Counted from the first letter of the stretch, positions 16,057 to 25,438 are shown. The stretch is DNA of 32,000 nt from Parasynechococcus marenigrum WH 8102 (GCF_000195975.1 NC_005070.1:1050001-1082000), one strand, 5' to 3'. Numbers and translations: made by a program. Notes: generated by a model not told the origin, from the sequence alone.

Positions 16057-16278
16057 ATGGGCGGAAGTGAGCAGCGTCCCCGCTGGGTGGCCATAGTCAC
16101 CGGGGCGATCTCCATCGCCATTGCCGTGGTGTATCTCCTGCTGATCACCGTGCTCGACGCTCGCGGTCCGATGCTGCCCCCCCCTCCCGAGGCCCTGGGT
16201 GTGGTGGAAGGCTCGCTGCCGCCTTCCGCTGCAGTGGTTCCACCACCTGGCGCATCGCTGTTGCGAGAAATCGCTTGA
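16057..16278 (+). CDS. small membrane protein (73 aa)
   Basis: ATG at 16057: MGGSEQRPRWVAIVTGAISIAIAVVYLLLITVLDARGPMLPPPPEAL.... Its last 134 nt overlap the convergent GTPase gene, so its true 3' extent is uncertain. Confidence 0.45.
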   Translation: MGGSEQRPRWVAIVTGAISIAIAVVYLLLITVLDARGPMLPPPPEALGVVEGSLPPSAAVVPPPGASLLREIA

Positions 16279-17740
16279 GGGAGGCCTCCCGTTTGTTCAG
16301 CTCAAATGCTTTCTGCACCACCGCCTGAAGGCCCTCATCGCCCCAGTCCTGGTCCTGCTCGAAGAAGCGGATGAAACTGGCTCCGGCGATGCGGGTAAGC
16401 CAGGCCGTGACCACCCCCTGGACGCCACGGCCGATCAGCAGCGTTGGGAGTGACACGCTCAATGCTGGGCTGATCAGGCTCAGGGCACCTTTGACGATGC
16501 CGAGCCCCGCCAGGGTGCGTCCAACGGACACCGCCAGCTCTCTGGCGCGCTCCTTGGTCATGTCGATGCCGTAGACAGTGGCAATCTCAAGCACCATCTG
16601 GCCGTTCACGGCGGCTGTGCTCAGCAGGTCGACCCCAGGCAGGGGCGTGGCGGCCACGATGCCGGCACCGATCCAGCTGTAGCGATCAACGCAGCGCTTC
16701 GCCTCCCGTCGCCGCTGGCTGTTGAGCAGGTCCCGTCCCCGTTGGTCCAGCTGTCGGCACTGCAGAAGAATGTTGTCGGCAATCAGTTCTTCTCCGTCCG
16801 CATGCAGAACGGTCGCCAGCCGCTGCAGCAGTTCATTGACCTCTGGAGCCGGTTGCAACGGACGTTCACCCGGTCGCGGAATCGTTTGCGGTGCTGCGCT
16901 GCACGCCACCACGTCTGCGGCGGGCAAGAGCCCTTCGCATCGGCTGCGCAGCAACTGCAGCAAGCGCCGCTCCTCCTCGGCACCCCGCAGATCCCGTTTG
17001 TTTAACACCAGCAGCAAACGTTTGCCCAGCCCTGCCAGGGTCCGCAGCACCGTCATCTCCGAGCTGCGCAGGTCACCATCGACAACCACCAGCAGCAGGT
17101 CGGCTCGAACCGCCTGTTGGCGGGCGCGTTCTTCACGATTCAGTCCACCGTCCCCCGCCTCAAGAATCCCCGGTGTGTCCACCAGGCGCAGACCCCGTTC
17201 CATTCCTTTAAGTCGCAGTCGATAACTGGGCGTGCTGCGGGTGGAGCCCATCGCGGCGGCCACATCGCCCACCATGTCCTGCAGCAGCGCGCGGATCAGC
17301 GAGGTTTTGCCGCTGGATCCGGTGCCGAACACCACCACCACAAGATCGCCGCGAGCCAGGTCCTGCTCCACCCGTTCGCGCTCCTGGCGCAGGCTTTCCC
17401 GCACTACGCTGTCCTCCAGCCGCTCAAGCAGACGATCGATGCTGATTAGGCTCCGGCTGGCAGCATCACGTCTGGTTGCGGGGGGCTCCTCAGGGGCGGC
17501 AGCGCCTTTCGTGGTGGATCGGTGTCGGATCTGACGCCACCACGGCAGTCCAACCTGCACCACCACGGTTGCGATCAGCGCCAACCCCAACAGCAGCAGC
17601 GGTGTGATCAGCCAGGCGGGCAGAAAGTAACTGAGGTCCCAGAGAAGGGTTCGGATGGCCTGCAGCAGGCCACCCAACACGATCAGCGCGGCCAGAGCAG
17701 CGGCCAATCCCAGCAGCAGTCGGTGGCGTTTGGGGATCAC
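16145..17740 (-). CDS. membrane-anchored GTP-binding protein with a C-terminal DUF697-like domain
   Basis: Two N-terminal TM helices, then G1 GTGSSGKT, G3 VDTPG and G4 NKRD. The C-terminal hydrophobic region resembles YcjF/DUF697. GTG start at 17740. Confidence 0.85.
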   Translation of the reverse strand: MIPKRHRLLLGLAAALAALIVLGGLLQAIRTLLWDLSYFLPAWLITPLLLLGLALIATVVVQVGLPWWRQIRHRSTTKGAAAPEEPPATRRDAASRSLISIDRLLERLEDSVVRESLRQERERVEQDLARGDLVVVVFGTGSSGKTSLIRALLQDMVGDVAAAMGSTRSTPSYRLRLKGMERGLRLVDTPGILEAGDGGLNREERARQQAVRADLLLVVVDGDLRSSEMTVLRTLAGLGKRLLLVLNKRDLRGAEEERRLLQLLRSRCEGLLPAADVVACSAAPQTIPRPGERPLQPAPEVNELLQRLATVLHADGEELIADNILLQCRQLDQRGRDLLNSQRRREAKRCVDRYSWIGAGIVAATPLPGVDLLSTAAVNGQMVLEIATVYGIDMTKERARELAVSVGRTLAGLGIVKGALSLISPALSVSLPTLLIGRGVQGVVTAWLTRIAGASFIRFFEQDQDWGDEGLQAVVQKAFELNKREASLKRFLATAMRQVVEPLQRKAAASLPPHPGPREGGAASDRERRAR

Positions 17741-17788
17741 AACGTTGCATCGCTGCCCCGGCTGCTGGCCGGGATGGGGTGAAGCGGA

Positions 17789-18268
17789 TCAGCCATGGCG
17801 TGATGACGTCCTGCTGCTCCAGAGATCAACAAGAAAACAGAGGACCGCCAGGTTGATGGCGATATCAGCTGGATTGAAGATCGGGAAGTTGATCGGCACA
17901 AGGGCGAGAAAGTCGATCACATGCCCGAGTCGCCAGCGATCAATGCCGTTTCCCAGGGTGCCCCCCAGCAGGAACGCCACCGCCATCCCCTGCCAGAACG
18001 GTGGCGTGCGATGCCTCACCACCCAGATCAACAGACCTGTCGTCACCGCCAGACTCAGCAATCCAAGCCATTGGACCGACCCTCGGAACAGACTGAAGGC
18101 TGCTCCGGTGTTGTGCACCAGCTGGCCATTGATCAATCCGGGCAGCAGTTGAACGATGCGTCCATCCGCCAGCTGGGATGCGGCCAGCAGTTTTGTCGCC
18201 TGATCCACCAGGACCACCAGGCCAGCGACCCCCAACAGAGGGGCTCGTCGCAGGATTGAGCCCGTCAT
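17789..18268 (-). CDS. lspA: lipoprotein signal peptidase II
   Basis: NTGAAFSLF, LGNGIDR..GHVIDFL and FNPADIAINL motifs. The ATG at 18268 was chosen because of its ATGA overlap with the bioY stop. Confidence 0.9.
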   Translation of the reverse strand: MTGSILRRAPLLGVAGLVVLVDQATKLLAASQLADGRIVQLLPGLINGQLVHNTGAAFSLFRGSVQWLGLLSLAVTTGLLIWVVRHRTPPFWQGMAVAFLLGGTLGNGIDRWRLGHVIDFLALVPINFPIFNPADIAINLAVLCFLVDLWSSRTSSRHG

Positions 18269-18834
18269 TCCCTGACCACCAGACACCAGCGCAGAATGAC
18301 GGCCACCAGGGCCGTCGCAGCGCAGAGAGCAAGTTGTGCCGGCAAGGGCCCAATTCCAAAGCCCACTACCAATTCAGGCAACGACTTGTCCCAGCGTCCC
18401 AGAAGTGCACCAAGGCACAGATTGACCAGACCACAGAACTGCAGTGTCACCAACCCCGCCACGGCAGCCGCGGCCTGGGCTGTGACATCCCCCATGCCTT
18501 GCTGCTGGGACAGCCGACCCGTCAACCAGGCAGCGGGGATGAATCCGGCGAGGTATCCGAAGCCAGGCTCCAGAACGTAGGTGAGCCCACCACCGCTGTG
18601 GAACACCGGAAGGTCCAGCAGCCCAAGGCTGAGGTAGGCCACAGCGGCAATCATCCCGGCACGGGGGCCACTGACGAGCGCGCAGAGCAGGAGCGCCGGC
18701 ACCTGCCAGGTCGCCGGCAAATCCATCAGCTGCATCGGGGATGATGGAATCAGCAGTGCTGAGGGCAGCAGGCCGCCGATCAACATCATCAGCACACCGG
18801 CCAGGGCTCCACTCCAGGTGGCGAGAGCTTTCAC
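18265..18834 (-). CDS. bioY: BioY-family biotin transporter S component
   Basis: GPRAGMIAAVAYLSLGLLDLPVFHSGGGLTYVLEPGFGYLAGFIPAAWLTG matches the BioY core. GTG start at 18834. Confidence 0.82.
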   Translation of the reverse strand: MKALATWSGALAGVLMMLIGGLLPSALLIPSSPMQLMDLPATWQVPALLLCALVSGPRAGMIAAVAYLSLGLLDLPVFHSGGGLTYVLEPGFGYLAGFIPAAWLTGRLSQQQGMGDVTAQAAAAVAGLVTLQFCGLVNLCLGALLGRWDKSLPELVVGFGIGPLPAQLALCAATALVAVILRWCLVVRE

Positions 18835-18890
18835 GCCGGTCGATCAACTGAGCGCATCCTGCTTGAGAATGCAGGTCCTGCCCAGATCCC

Positions 18891-19112
18891 ATGACCGTCT
18901 CCATCGGCGATCGTCTGCGTCTGACCGCTTCTCAGACCTATCTCAAAACCGCTGACCCGATGCCGATGCTGCGCCCGCCGGATCTGGTGTCGGTGGGTGA
19001 AATCGGGGAAGTTGTGGCACTTCATCCCCTTGAGACCGTCGCTGTGCGCTTCCGGCGGGGGGCGTTTCTGATTCCCCTCAGTCATCTGGAACCAGTCGCA
19101 GCTGAGGATTGA
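18891..19112 (+). CDS. conserved cyanobacterial/plastid-lineage small protein (DUF3148-like; name from memory)
   Basis: 73 aa containing ...YLKTADPMPMLRPPDLVSVGEIGEVV...VAVRFRRGAFLIPLSHL. Its 3' end overlaps the convergent peptidase gene by 31 nt. Confidence 0.6.
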   Translation: MTVSIGDRLRLTASQTYLKTADPMPMLRPPDLVSVGEIGEVVALHPLETVAVRFRRGAFLIPLSHLEPVAAED

Positions 19113-20350
19113 AGCTGGCGCCAGTGGTTTTCCAGCCTCTTGAGGGCGTCCGTTGGACCGCAAAGGCTGAGGTGGGGAGTGTGAAGCCAGCGCTGGGCTG
19201 CTTCCATCAGCTCCTGAGGCTGCAGTGACTCCATGCGTTCAAGACAAAGGCTGTCATGGTCATCGCTCAGGCCGAGGCCACGTCGATGTGCCGCCCGTTC
19301 CGCCCGCTGGGAACAGGTCTGGCGGCCATGGGCCACCTGTCCTCGGAATTTGGCTTGGGCCAGGGTCAGGTCCGCCTCGCTGAGGGGTTGGCTGCTCAAC
19401 TCGTGCCAGCTCTGGTGCAACAGCGACAAAGTCAGTTCAGCCCGTTCGGCGCTGCTGGAGGCGTGCAGCACGAACGGTGCAGCACCTGCCCGTGCTGGGT
19501 GATGCGCTCCGACGTCGTAGGCCACACCATGGTCTTCCCGCAGACGACGGAACAGCAGGCTCGACATGCCTGAGCCCAGATGGCACTGCAGCAGCCGCAG
19601 AGCCAGGTCATCAGGATGCCCATAGGCACAGCAGGGTTGACCCAGCATCAGCACCACCTGCTCGGTGTCGATGGACTGCATCACCAGGTCGCCGTCTCCA
19701 TTGGGCGTCCAGTGCATCGGTGGAGGGGGTGGAGCATCTGTCGTGTCCTGCCACCCTTCGCCCGTCCGTTTCAGCAGCGTGTCGTCCAGGGATGACAGCC
19801 AGGTTCCGCTGATGGCCAGCACGGAGCGTCCCGTCGTCAGCTGTCTGGCCAGGGTCTGCAGAACGGTCTCATCCAGTCGTTGCAGGTCGTCGCTCACTCC
19901 GAGCGGGTCATGGCCGTAACCCGTGCTGCCGTAAACCAGCTGCCGCCATTGATCGACCGCCAGGTGGAAGGGGTCCTCCCTCTGTCGCTGCAGCGCCTGC
20001 AGGCTCAAGGACCGCTCCAGTTCAAGCTGTTCCGTCGCCAGATGGGGTGCTGTCACCATCCAGTCGAGCAAGGGCATCAGCTCCTGGGCGTCTTCGGTGG
20101 TGCAGCGCAGACTGATCAGCAATCCGTCTTCATGGGCGTCACTGCGCAAGCCCGCGCCTCGCCCCTCCACCAGATCCGCCAGCTGACGATGGTCGAACGG
20201 TCCGCAGCCACGGCTGAGGGTGGCCGCCAGAAGTTGATGGGCACCACGCTGGCCGACGCCGTCCGTGGCACTGCCCCAGGGCAGCAGCAATTTCGCCGAC
20301 ATCACGCCGGGGGTGGCGATCCGATCAACGATCAGGTCCGGAATGGCCAT
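19082..20350 (-). CDS. M16 (pitrilysin) family peptidase, non-catalytic-type subunit
   Basis: Peptidase_M16 architecture, but the zinc-motif position reads GAHQLLAATLSRG (HQLLA instead of HxxEH). The ATG overlaps the stop of the upstream paralog (TGATG, 20348-20352). Confidence 0.82.
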   Translation of the reverse strand: MAIPDLIVDRIATPGVMSAKLLLPWGSATDGVGQRGAHQLLAATLSRGCGPFDHRQLADLVEGRGAGLRSDAHEDGLLISLRCTTEDAQELMPLLDWMVTAPHLATEQLELERSLSLQALQRQREDPFHLAVDQWRQLVYGSTGYGHDPLGVSDDLQRLDETVLQTLARQLTTGRSVLAISGTWLSSLDDTLLKRTGEGWQDTTDAPPPPPMHWTPNGDGDLVMQSIDTEQVVLMLGQPCCAYGHPDDLALRLLQCHLGSGMSSLLFRRLREDHGVAYDVGAHHPARAGAAPFVLHASSSAERAELTLSLLHQSWHELSSQPLSEADLTLAQAKFRGQVAHGRQTCSQRAERAAHRRGLGLSDDHDSLCLERMESLQPQELMEAAQRWLHTPHLSLCGPTDALKRLENHWRQLQSSAATGSR

Positions 20351-21642
20351 CAGCGTTGCCCCGCCGGAGTGGCGATCAGGCTGCAGGCCCGACTGGGCTG
20401 CAGCAATGGCATCAGGTCCTCAGACAGGCGCTCTTCAGTCCAGGCCTGCAGATGCTGCAGCGGTTGCAGCAGCTCCTGCGGACGGTTCCACAGCATCTGG
20501 CTGGCGGCCTGGGCTGCCACCTGACCGACCGATTCCAGGCTGTAGCGCAGCCCGTTGCCAACGAGTTGGCGTCCTCGAGACAGCTCTTCAGCTGTAAACG
20601 GTGCCGCCTGGTTCAGCTGCTCGTGCACCGTTGCTTCCACCTGCTCCAGATCCTCGGGCTCACAGCTGATCTCCAGGGTCATCAGGCATCCCTGTTCCAG
20701 AACACTGAGATCCATGTCCACGCTTTCCGCAATGCGAAGTTCCTCGCGCAGCTGGGCGACGAGGCGGCTGCGTCGCCCTTCCCCCAGCAGTGTCGTGGCG
20801 AGATCGGCACCCATCACCCAGGCTTGATCGTGGGCGGTGGATCCGCTCCAGAGCATCAGCAGACGCGCTGACTCCAGGCGTGCCAGCTCCATCGTGTGGC
20901 GTCCCGGCTGCATCCTGAGCCCCTTGGGCTCCACCTGATCAATGGCGTCGGCTGACGGTTGTGGGTCCGGCGGCAGTTGCGCCAGGGCCGAGCTCTCGAC
21001 CGTCGCCCTCAGCTCCCTCGCTTTCGGTCCACTGATGGCCAGACAGCAATGGTGGCCTCGGTAGCGGCGCTGATGGAACGTGCGCATGGCTTCAGGGTCC
21101 ATGGCCAACAAGCTGGAGCGTTCCCCGAGGATGGGGCGTCCATAGGGGTGGTCCGGGCAGCCCTGCTTCAGCAGTTGCTGCAGGACCAGCTCATCCGGTT
21201 GATCGGCGTACTGGGCCATCTCTTCCAGCACCACCTCCCGCTCCAGGCGGAAGGACTCCTGCTCCAGGGCAGGGTGCAAAACCAGATCCAGCAACAGATC
21301 AAGGGCCTGCTGGCTCGTCTCGGGCGGGATCAGAACGTGGAAATGCACGTCATCAAAGCCGGTGGCGGCATTGCTGCTGCCGCCAAGGGCCTCGATGGCC
21401 AGATCAAAGGCACCAGCCTCCAGCCGCTCACTGCCCTTGAACACCATGTGTTCCAGGAAGTGCGCCATCCCTTCCTCTCCAGCAGCCTCCGTGAAGCTTC
21501 CGGCTCGACACCAGAGGTCAAGGCAGGTGAGCGGAGCTTCGGGCATCTCGGCTGCCACGCAGCGCACACCGTTGGGGAGGGTCCAATGGTCCAGTGCAGG
21601 ACCGTGCAACAGGCTGGTCAGAACTGCGTGGCAAAGTTCCAT
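20350..21642 (-). CDS. M16 (pitrilysin) family zinc peptidase, catalytic-type subunit
   Basis: Intact inverted zinc motif [17 protein letters not shown] (HxxEH), with a downstream ...NAATGFD... block. Confidence 0.9.
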
Positions 21643-21660
21643 TCTGTTCCCCCCGGCTTG

Positions 21661-22404
21661 ATGCAGTCCCCGCCGTCTGAGTCTTCATCGACGGTTGCTC
21701 CCCTGATTCCCTCCCTTGCCGAGACGATCCGGGGTGCCTGGATCGGGTTACCAGAGCTGAAACCGCTCGACGCCGACTCCGATTTCTCAAGCATTGAGGG
21801 GCAACTGGAAGGGGATGACCTGCTCATTCGCAACGAGCTGCTGTGTTGCCGCGGTGTACGCAAGATCCACCTGGAACTGGCGCGGCTCGGTCGGGGTCTG
21901 CAGATTCTCCACTGCGTCTGGTTCCCGGACCCCCGCTTCGATCTGCCGATTTTCGGTGCCGATATCGTGGCCGGTCCCGCAGGGGTCTCCGCTGCAATTG
22001 TCGATCTCTCTCCGGTGTCCGGAACCTTGCCGTCGGGTATTGAAACGGCCCTGGCAGGCACTCCCAGTCCGGCTTTTCGCCAGGTGCGCGATCTGCCGGG
22101 GTGGGGCACGATTTTTTCCCCCCATGTCTGTTTCATCCGTCCGGATGGTGCTGAGGAGGAGGTGCTGTTCCGCTCACGGGTGGAGGAGGTGCTGACCATC
22201 CTGCGAACAGCTGTGCTCCAGACAGCCTGCGAACCAGCGACAGCGGCTTCTACGATCCGCCGGTATGAAGGACAACTGAGCTATTGCCTCCAGCAGAAGC
22301 GCAACGACAAGACCCGCAGGGTGCTGGAGAAAGCCTTCGACGCCTCCTGGGCCGATCGCTACATCGAAGAACTGCTGTTCGACGATCCTTTGCCTCCAGG
22401 TTGA
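21661..22404 (+). CDS. pcyA: phycocyanobilin:ferredoxin oxidoreductase
   Basis: From the ATG at 21661 (247 aa): ...[51 protein letters not shown]...[17 protein letters not shown]...[22 protein letters not shown]. The 481-aa track ORF is an antisense-extended artefact. Confidence 0.92.
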
Positions 22405-23312
22405 CCCGACTCTGGAGTCATTACGGTTCGGTCGGGCTGGTTTGTTTGGTGTTCGTACTGATCGGCTGTGGTGGCGATCAGTCCACGAAGGCCCCATCGG
22501 ATAAATCAGCTTCTGACGCAAACGAAGCCGTTGCCCGTCCCGAAGCGGTCGCGGCCCTGGGGCAGCTGGAGCCCGCTGGAGATGTGCGTCGCCTGGCCGC
22601 TCCAACCGCCGGCGTTGCCGGAACACCAAGGATCGAACAGCTGCTGGTTGATGAAGGGGCTGTGATTCGCCGGGGACAGGTGCTTGCCCGCTTCGACACC
22701 AAAGCCGGTCTGGAGGCAGACCTGGCAGCTGTTGAGGCCGACCTGGCGAGTCTCGAAGACGAGATTGCCCTACAAAAAGTTGAGGTGTCGCGGTATTCGC
22801 GCGGGGCCAATTGGGGTGCTGTTTCGCTGGTTCAACGCGAATCCAGCAGGGAAGATCTGGTTCGTCTCGAGGGTGAACAGGCACAGGCCCTGGCCCGGCG
22901 TCAGGGCTTGCTGGTGGATTTAGAGGACAGTGAGCTGGTCTCTCCCCTGGACGGCCTTGTCCTGGAGATCCATGCGCGCGAGGGCGAACGGCCTGGCAGT
23001 GATGGGGTGATGGATATCGGCGCCAGCCAGAAGATGCAGGCTCGGATCGAGGTTTACGAGTCCGATATCGCGCAGATCAACCTGGATCAGCAGGTGCAGC
23101 TGACCAGCGAGAACGGTGGCTTCAGCGGTCAGCTCAGCGGTCGCGTCATCCAGATCAGTCCACGGGTGCAACAGCGCGATGTGCTGTCCACCGATCCCAC
23201 CGGTGATGCCGATGCCCGGGTGGTGGAGGTGCTGGTGGCTCTCGACGACGCCGATGTCCGCCGGGTGATCCGTTTGGCCGGGTTGAAGGTCATCGCCCGG
23301 TTCGAGCCATGA
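22401..23312 (+). CDS. devB: DevB-family membrane fusion protein (HlyD-like) of an ABC exporter, probable lipoprotein
   Basis: TTG at 22401 (TTGA overlap with the pcyA stop) gives [26 protein letters not shown], with lipobox L-I-G-C. It is followed by a coiled-coil and barrel regions: ...[17 protein letters not shown]...[17 protein letters not shown].... Confidence 0.82.
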
Positions 23313-24478
23313 AGACCCTCTGGCAGGGACGTCGAATTCCTCTGTCCTGGCTGTTGCTGTCCCGTCAGCCCGTTCGCCTTCTGGTGGCTCTGGCTGGGAT
23401 CAGCTTTGCCGGGATCCTGATGTTCATGCAGCTGGGGTTTCGCGATGGACTGTTTGACGCCAGCGTCACGGTGCACCGTCTGTTCGATGCCGATCTGGTG
23501 CTGATCAGTCCCCGCTCCGCCAGTTCGGTTGATATGGCTGGATTCCCGCGAAGACGACTTGTTCAGGCACTGGCCGATCCTGCGGTCGAGGGGGTGAGCC
23601 CGGTCCATTGGGGCTTGATGCTGTGGCGTAACCCGGAAACCCGCCGCACCCGAGCCATCCTGAGCCTGGGGTTCAATCCGGATGATCCCTTTTTTGTGGA
23701 TTCCAGCCTGTCTGAAAAAACCGAAGTCCTCAAACAGAAAGGCAGGATCCTGTTTGATCAGCTGTCACGGCCGGAATTCGGTCCCATCGCTGATTGGTAT
23801 CGGGAGGGCCGCACTGTTGAAACGGAAATCGCCGGCAATCGCATCCGCGTTGAAGGTCTGGTGAGTCTCGGCACCAGTTTCGGGGCCGACGGCAACCTGC
23901 TCACCAGTACGGAGACTTTTCTGGATCTCTCCCCACAGAAATCGCGCGGGGCCATTGAAGTCGGTCTGATCCGTCTGCGTCCGGGGGCGGATCCAGAGAC
24001 GGTCGTTCAAAGGCTGGACTCAAGGCTTCCCAACGACGTCAAAGTCCTCACCAAACGGGGATTCATTGACTTCGAGAAGAACTATTGGAAAAGCGGCACG
24101 TCGATTGGATTCATCTTCACCCTCGGAGCCGCCATGGGCTTCGTTGTGGGCTGCGTGATCGTTTACCAGGTTCTCTACACCGATGTCAGTGACCATCTCC
24201 CGGAATACGCCACCTTGATGGCCATGGGCTATCGCCTCAGCCATCTGCTCGGCGTTGTGGTTCGAGAGGGGTTCTACTTGGCGGTTATGGGCTACATCCC
24301 TGCCTACATCGCTGGTCAGGGGCTGTACTGGTTTGTCCGTGATGCCACGAAGCTCCCTGTGGGGATGGATCTGACTAAAGCAATCACCGTCGGCGGCATG
24401 ATCCTGGTGATGTGCATGCTGTCCTCGCTGCTGGCGATGCGTCGTCTGGTCGATGCAGACCCTGCGGAAATCTTCTGA
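23309..24478 (+). CDS. devC: DevC-family ABC exporter permease (FtsX-like)
   Basis: LSWLLLSRQPVRLLVALAGISFAGILMFMQLGFRDGLFDAS...DLVLISPR matches the DevC N-terminus. C-terminal FtsX-type TM bundle. ATGA overlap with devB. Confidence 0.88.
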   Translation: MKTLWQGRRIPLSWLLLSRQPVRLLVALAGISFAGILMFMQLGFRDGLFDASVTVHRLFDADLVLISPRSASSVDMAGFPRRRLVQALADPAVEGVSPVHWGLMLWRNPETRRTRAILSLGFNPDDPFFVDSSLSEKTEVLKQKGRILFDQLSRPEFGPIADWYREGRTVETEIAGNRIRVEGLVSLGTSFGADGNLLTSTETFLDLSPQKSRGAIEVGLIRLRPGADPETVVQRLDSRLPNDVKVLTKRGFIDFEKNYWKSGTSIGFIFTLGAAMGFVVGCVIVYQVLYTDVSDHLPEYATLMAMGYRLSHLLGVVVREGFYLAVMGYIPAYIAGQGLYWFVRDATKLPVGMDLTKAITVGGMILVMCMLSSLLAMRRLVDADPAEIF

Positions 24479-25158
24479 TGGCCTCCGTCGAGCTCCAGAA
24501 CCTCAGCCACTCTTACGGGCGCGGTGAGATGCGGAGGCAGGTGCTGCAGGGCATCAGCCTCAGGATCGATCCCGGCGAGGTGGTGCTGCTGACGGGGCCA
24601 TCCGGTTGCGGCAAGACAACGCTGCTGACCCTGATTGGTGCCCTGCGCACGGTGCAGTCCGGTCACGTCACTGTGCTCGGTCATCGTCTTGACGGTGCCG
24701 GTCGCCGCCAGCGGCAACAGGTGCGCCGTGGCATCGGCATGATTTTTCAGGGCCACAACCTGTTGCGTTGCCTCACAGCGGAACAGAACGTTCAGATGGG
24801 GGCCGATCTCCTGCCAGGACTCGGCTACCGCGCCCGACGGGATGAGGCCCGGCAGTGGCTGCGCTCCGTCGGCTTGAAGGATCAGATGGGCAAATTGCCC
24901 CACGACTTATCGGGTGGACAGAAGCAGCGGGTGGCGATCGCCCGTGCGCTTGCGGCCCACCCACGGCTGCTGCTGGCCGATGAACCGACGGCTGCCCTGG
25001 ATGGAGCCACGGGTCGGGAGGTGGTCGAACTGTTGCGGCGACTGGCGCGGGATCAGTCCTGTGCGGTGTTGATGGTGACCCACGATCCACGCATCCTTGA
25101 CGTGGCGGACCGGTTGCTGCAGATGGAGGATGGCTGCCTGCTGCCGGCTGCGCAGTAA
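24478..25158 (+). CDS. devA: DevA-family ABC exporter ATP-binding protein
   Basis: Walker A GPSGCGKTT, signature LSGGQKQR, Walker B LLLADEPT. The ATG at 24478 overlaps the devC stop (TGATG). Confidence 0.92.
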   Translation: MASVELQNLSHSYGRGEMRRQVLQGISLRIDPGEVVLLTGPSGCGKTTLLTLIGALRTVQSGHVTVLGHRLDGAGRRQRQQVRRGIGMIFQGHNLLRCLTAEQNVQMGADLLPGLGYRARRDEARQWLRSVGLKDQMGKLPHDLSGGQKQRVAIARALAAHPRLLLADEPTAALDGATGREVVELLRRLARDQSCAVLMVTHDPRILDVADRLLQMEDGCLLPAAQ

Positions 25159-25190
25159 GGTGATGCGGATTGCCTTTTTGTTGTTGCCGG

Positions 25191-25346
25191 ATGGCTAAGC
25201 GCAGAAATCTGAAGAAGGAAAAGCAGGAACGCAACCGCGCCTATGCGCGCAAATTCAAGAAGCGCAAGCTGCGTACTGATGGCCGTGGTGAGGGTGCCGG
25301 TAACGGCGTCACGGGTACCGCCAACAACGGCGGTGCGGCTGATTGA
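25191..25346 (+). CDS. hypothetical highly basic small protein (51 aa, below ORF-track cutoff)
   Basis: Hand translation gives MAKRRNLKKEKQERNRAYARKFKKRKLRTDGRGEGAGNGVTGTANNGGAAD. It starts 32 nt after devA and ends 25 nt before a strong terminator. Confidence 0.5.
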   Translation: MAKRRNLKKEKQERNRAYARKFKKRKLRTDGRGEGAGNGVTGTANNGGAAD

Positions 25347-25371
25347 TTGCTGGGCAGTTCTGACGTTCAGC

Positions 25372-25396
25372 GGGGGACCTCAAGGTCCCCCTTTTT
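25372..25396 (+). terminator. rho-independent terminator closing the pcyA-devBCA-small ORF unit
   Basis: GGGGGACC (25372-25379), loop TCAA, GGTCCCCC (25384-25391), then TTTTT (25392-25396). Confidence 0.85.
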
Positions 25397-25438
25397 GTTG
25401 CTTTTAGGCTGAGCTATTCCACCCTTCCGGTTGCCGCG

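Noticed and set aside
20959-21660. N-terminal 234 codons of the 481-aa track ORF containing pcyA
   Set aside because: This part is antisense to the M16 peptidase gene and has no PcyA similarity. PcyA homology and its normal length (~245 aa) begin at the ATG at 21661.
6711-24945. Scattered HIP1-like GCGATCGC octamers (for example near 15365 and 24936)
   Set aside because: There are only a handful of exact copies, all inside coding regions. I cannot compute enrichment by eye, and this is a known cyanobacterial background feature rather than a local element.
25191-25346. The 51-aa ORF as the exported substrate of the adjacent DevBCA-like pump
   Set aside because: The extremely basic, non-hydrophobic N-terminus is unlike any secretion leader. 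DevBCA-type systems are known for lipid or small-molecule export rather than peptides. The ORF is kept only as an unknown small protein.
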